DNA of 64,000 bases, from NCBI GenBank assembly GCA_965206955.1, contig OZ242252.1, forward strand, positions 2,307,771 to 2,371,770, given 5' to 3'. The notes below the pieces were generated by a model. The model did no database searches. It had not been told where the DNA came from and saw nothing but the letters and a program-made list of their open reading frames with translations. How positions within the stretch are numbered: position 1 is the first letter of the stretch; each line of letters starts with the position of its first letter. The DNA is from Candidatus Foliamicus sp. Lineage in GTDB: Bacteria > Pseudomonadota > Gammaproteobacteria > Steroidobacterales > Foliamicaceae. A program made the translations under genes and the position numbers. Of the stretch, positions 63,811-64,000 are shown piece by piece.

Positions 63811-63926
63811 TGCATGGAACAACCTGGGAACGAGGGGTTCCGGCTCCCCGATCAGGGTCGGGGACAGGGTCTCGACGAGGGCAAGAAACGTCATTCCCGC
63901 GAAAGCGGGAATGCCCTCGTTCCCAG
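63811..63926. repeat. REP-like long-form element carrying a nested second hairpin type, locus J
   Basis: TGCATGGAACAACCTGGGAACGAGGGGTTCC...GGGTCGGGGACAGGGTCTCGACGAGGGCAAGA[AACGTCATTCCCGCGAAAGCGGGAA]TGCCCTCGTTCCCAG. Confidence 0.8.
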
Positions 63927-63934
63927 CTGCTGGT

Positions 63935-64000
63935 TCAGCTGCTGTCAGTGGGCTCCTGCGGTAATTGGTAGCGTTCCATGGCCAGGCGCTGGCGAACGAC
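63935..64000 (-). CDS. 3' end of an unidentified gene that runs off the window
   Basis: The minus strand reads ...VVRQRLAMERYQLPQEPTDSS* with an open frame to the window edge. It is too short to identify. Confidence 0.3.
   Translation of the reverse strand, partial: VVRQRLAMERYQLPQEPTDSS

Overview
GC-rich chromosomal segment. By gene content it is most likely from an aquatic or marine gammaproteobacterium (inference). I support about 48 protein genes, one tRNA and a dense family of extragenic palindromic repeats. There is no rRNA, CRISPR array, transposase, phage gene or recognisable defence system.

Gene order, left to right:
- pgpA 3' end, an MFS exporter, then an acetoacetyl-CoA synthetase and FAH-family hydrolase pair.
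- A TonB-dependent receptor (TBDR) and ETF-ubiquinone oxidoreductase.
- A decaying module: a pseudogenised haem/beta-propeller gene, a triple-frameshifted TBDR, then an intact lipoprotein paralog.
- Thiolase.
- A complete TonB2-type energiser operon (DUF3450, large MotA/ExbB, ExbB, 2x ExbD, 2x TonB, TPR).
- plsC-like, xerD, qor, moaA.
- Porin and amtB with no glnK, followed by a STAS gene and a convergent four-gene operon (response regulator-PP2C, anti-sigma-type kinase, binding protein, histidine kinase).
- nadA divergent from an NrtR/NadQ-like regulator.
- tRNA-Val.
- SSS transporter, GH13 alpha-glucosidase, LacI.
- TBDR, tannase-family hydrolase, acyl-CoA ligase, esterase.
- Lhr helicase and an FAD-linked oxidase.
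- A secreted ferrochelatase-fold protein and a Tat-exported protein.
- A large acyl-CoA dehydrogenase and a Cys/Met PLP enzyme.
- A third haem/propeller paralog, then an isochorismatase-family hydrolase.

Best candidates for something undescribed:
1. A three-copy family of secreted proteins that fuse a carboxypeptidase-regulatory-like domain, one CXXCH haem-c motif and a Vgb-type beta-propeller. It is linked to TonB-dependent receptors. One copy has decayed, and two copies form a 50-kb-spaced inverted pair with a probable gene-conversion tract.
2. A periplasmic ferrochelatase-fold protein that lacks the canonical catalytic pair, next to a Tat-exported protein.
3. amtB coupled to a partner-switching cascade instead of glnK.
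4. A hairpin repeat family with compensatory stem variants at ten intergenic loci. In one case it supplies the only usable start codon of a gene.

CDS coordinates derive from the supplied ORF track, with starts re-chosen where stated. Repeats, hairpins and the tRNA were counted by hand and may be off by 1-2 nt.
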